Shown here in pieces: positions 35,454 to 38,504 of a stretch of DNA of 38,504 bases. The DNA is taken from NCBI RefSeq assembly GCF_001194135.2, contig NC_068981.1, forward strand, positions 122,431,937 through 122,470,440, given 5' to 3'. The notes under the pieces are model-generated. The model saw only the letters and a program-made list of their open reading frames with translations, had not been told where the DNA came from and ran no database searches. Within the stretch, counting starts at the first letter, position 1. Every line of letters starts with the position of its first letter. Origin of the DNA: Octopus bimaculoides. Taxonomy: Eukaryota. Made by a program: the position numbers and the translations under genes.

Positions 35454-36376
35454 CTGATTGGAACATAGAATATTATTACCATTAAAGACATGAAAATTAA
35501 TTGAGGCCTTACAAAATACAATGGGATTGTAATGCATAATATTAATTCTGACATTATTACGAGCAGAGATACACAGCGTTGCTCAGGATTAAAATGATTT
35601 AGCTTGTATGCACATATATTACAGTTATTATGTTGAAACACGTGAGAAAGTGCAGCATTGACGCCAAAATGGTCTAATTAGATTAAGCGATATATAATAC
35701 GTCCATTTGGAGGACTCCATGTCAAACCTATCAAGGAAAATTGGGAGTGGATGGTATGTAATGAGTGATATACAAAATCTCTTGGCGTTGTCATCATAGT
35801 ATAAAATGTCCTGTCGACAATTGAAAGTTTGTAGCGTGGAAGATGTTTGTAAGCCATTGAAGAACACATAAAAACCGTTAGGTTCTCTGCATCATTTAAA
35901 TTCCATTCGAGTCAAAATATTTTCGTCGCTTTGCGAGCGCGACCTGTTCAATAACAAAACTTCGTGCAGCATCTGAGAAAGTAGCAGTTACTTCATGACA
36001 TATGCATGTATGTGTGTATGTGTGTACGTATATATGCATGTATGTGTATGCGTGTATATATCTGTGTAAATGCGCATGCATGCATATACGCATACATACG
36101 TAGATGTATGTACATGTGTGGATATGTGCATGTACATGTAAATGTATGTTTATGCACTGATATGTGTGTCTGTTCAAGTTGTATATATAACTGTTACTCC
36201 GTCGAAATTACTATATATATATTATAGGTTCCGTGCACATGATCTTAGATCACGTCACTTGCTATGCAATTACATCTCCGTAAATAGAAAGATTATCTCT
36301 ATGAAAGGTTGTATCGTTGTATTCGAAATGAAAATAAAATGTTGTATTGGTATAGACCAGCTCTCACATAAAGTAT

Positions 36377-36820
36377 TTTAATAACGTACCTAATGTGGAA
36401 AGAAACACACGCGGTGAAAAATATACGCACTTGAACAGTCACACATACATTCACAGACAGATACACAGTCATATACAAAATGTGACGTCATCGTCGCTGT
36501 TTACCAGCCCACACAAACATATAATCTGGTTAATAACGTACCTAACACGGAAAGACACGCACACTGTGAGACATATTCACACTTATACACTCACACAGGT
36601 CGTCGTCGTGGTTAGAATTAAAAGAAAAAGAATAATAGTGAAACATAGTATGTTTAATATCTTATCAAATGCGAAAAGACACATACACTCTTAGACATAT
36701 ACACACTCAAACAGTCACACATCCATTCACAGGTAGATACACAGTCATATGCAAAATGTGACGTCGTCATCGTCGTTGTCGTAGTTAGGATTGAAAGTAA
36801 GCATAAAAGTGAAACAATAT
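36377..36820. repeat. Mosaic diverged tandem repeat (about three units of 125-165 nt)
   Basis: TTAATAACGTACCTAA at ~36377 and ~36530; ACAGTCACACAT.CATTCACAG..AGATACACAGTCATAT.CAAAATGTGACGTC at ~36437 and ~36711; GTCGT.GTTAG.ATT.AAAG...AGTGAAACA at ~36604 and ~36778. Confidence 0.8.
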
Positions 36821-36825
36821 ATCAC

Positions 36826-36918
36826 ATTACAATACAGATGTTATTCTTTCACTTCTATTACAATATAGATGTTATTCGTTTACTTTCATTACAATATAGA
36901 TGTCATTCTTTCACTTTT
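36826..36918. repeat. 31-bp minisatellite, three copies
   Basis: Unit ATTACAATATAGATGTTATTCTTTCACTTCT at 36826, 36857 and 36888. Confidence 0.9.
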
Positions 36919-37129
36919 ATTCTTCGAGTTTTGATACAATACGGAAGTTGTACCATTGTTGCATTGTTTTAATCCCCCAAAATTACATGTTGCACTCATG
37001 GGGTCTGATAACATCAATATGTAAAATTTGATTCGATTTGGTTGAGCCGCTTGAGAATGCATTGGAAACAGATTGAGAGACAAAGGGTTACATATAAATA
37101 TATATTTATATATACACACAGACACATAT

Positions 37130-37151
37130 ATATGTATGTATGTATGTATAT

Positions 37152-37226
<75 letters not shown>
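37130..37226. repeat. (TATG)n(TA)n microsatellite
   Basis: Direct reading. Confidence 0.95.
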
Positions 37227-37228
<2 letters not shown>

Positions 37229-37435
37229 AATTAAAAATGTAAAAATAAAAACAAAACAAAAGATTCCGCGGTACACGTGTTTCAAGCTTTATAGTCGTTG
37301 CATCATTATTGGTATATAATTTTATAGTATAAAGCTATCTTCAGCCGCAAATATATTCTCTCCCAAGTATTATATCACAAAGAAAGTAAAAGAGGTGCTT
37401 ACAATTATCAAGTATTATCTCCAACATTTACTTTA

Positions 37436-37480
<45 letters not shown>

Positions 37481-37497
37481 NNNNNNNNNNNNNNNNN

Positions 37498-37531
<34 letters not shown>

Positions 37532-37546
37532 GATAGAGAGAGAGAG

Positions 37547-37603
<57 letters not shown>

Positions 37604-37606
37604 TGT
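37436..37606. repeat. (TA)n, 17-N gap (37481-37497), (GA)n(GATA)n compound microsatellite
   Basis: Direct reading. Confidence 0.95.
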
Positions 37607-37834
37607 GAACATATTGTTTACTATTTCTTGACATAAAGTTAGGTTTTCATGTCGCTTAACATTTTCAGGCGCGAATATTTGGAAAGAAGTCAAATCTGTT
37701 ACATAAACCTAAGACCGTGGTGCTTGCGTTATTACAAGTAACGGAATATGTTTATAACATGCAAAGACGCAGAATACAGAGAATAGGAACAAATACATCA
37801 CAAATGTCCGCCTGATGTTTTGAAAATTCTGCTA

Positions 37835-37925
37835 ATGCTCATCCCCAAGTTTTACATCGTTTTTATAGATCCCGAAGGAAGAAAATGCAATGGAGCACTG
37901 AGGAGTTTGAAATGACGGAGACGGA
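37835..37925 (-). mobile_element. Highly degraded family B SINE remnant
   Basis: TTTATAGATCCCGAAGGAAGAAAATGCAA...GAGGAGTTTGAA resembles TTTATCGACCCCGAAAGGATGAAAGGCAAA...CGGAATTTGAAC. Confidence 0.5.
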
Positions 37926-38291
37926 AGAAATAAATGTTAATTGGACGTATATTTTTTATTTTTAATTTTTAAAAAAATTTTCGAGTACCTACTTAACTTT
38001 TACAACCTGATTGCTTACAACTACAACTGTTAATTTTCAATAACATTTTTCAATAAACGACTTCAAAATCCTCATACTCTACCCATATAAAAAATGAAAT
38101 ATTCAGTCCCTGAATTTAAAAAAAAAAATTGCAAAAGCCAACCAAATATTTCCTAGTGTTTTGCATAGTGTAGTTTCATTTTATATTCCAGTGTTTTGAT
38201 GAAAACATAGCATATCAAGGTAGCCAGATACATTAGCTACAGTTATAGTACTGTCTCATGGAAGCATTCTTAACACTATCTTTGGCAGTTC

Positions 38292-38306
38292 TTACTACTA
38301 CTACTG

Positions 38307-38361
<55 letters not shown>

Positions 38362-38420
38362 GGCAGCTGCTGCTACTACTGCTGCTGCTGCTGGTGATGA
38401 TGATGCTGTGCTGCTACTAA
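38292..38420. repeat. (CTA)n/(CTG)n/(GAT)n trinucleotide microsatellite
   Basis: Direct reading. Confidence 0.95.
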
Positions 38421-38504
38421 TGGTTTCTTAGCTCTAAGGCCATATAAATTATCCTACATACATACAAACATGCACGCTTAAAATTCTTCCTTCGCGATGT
38501 ACAT

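Noticed and set aside
37869-37950. Myb-like peptide RRKKMQWSTEEFEM after an acceptor
   Set aside because: It overlaps a degraded family B SINE remnant and the resemblance is coincidental.

Overview
This is AT-rich, microsatellite-dense eukaryotic non-coding DNA (intronic or intergenic). Eight N-gaps total 3,535 nt, most of them abutting simple repeats. The SINE repertoire and compound (TA/CA/GA/GATA) microsatellites suggest an octopus short-read assembly; this is inference from recognition, not a database hit. No protein-coding host gene can be supported, and almost all ORFs in the supplied track are microsatellite or gap artefacts. Recognisable content: two decayed Tc1-type DNA transposons (5166-6606 +, with long IR/DR-type TIRs; 26049-27502 -), a mariner 5' fragment, a CR1-group LINE 3' fragment, a probable Penelope-like fragment and about 15 tRNA-derived SINE copies or remnants from at least four families (A-D are working labels used only here). 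The most interesting signals are RNA-structural. They are: a decayed type I hammerhead-ribozyme-like fold at about 1017-1112; a three-copy tRNA-headed foldback at 13377-13985; two inverted SINE pairs and a 57-bp-arm hairpin that could form dsRNA; a SINE tail shared with the LINE 3' end; and a duplicated element whose terminal hairpin is kept although the loop changed. I found no convincing novel multi-gene system.
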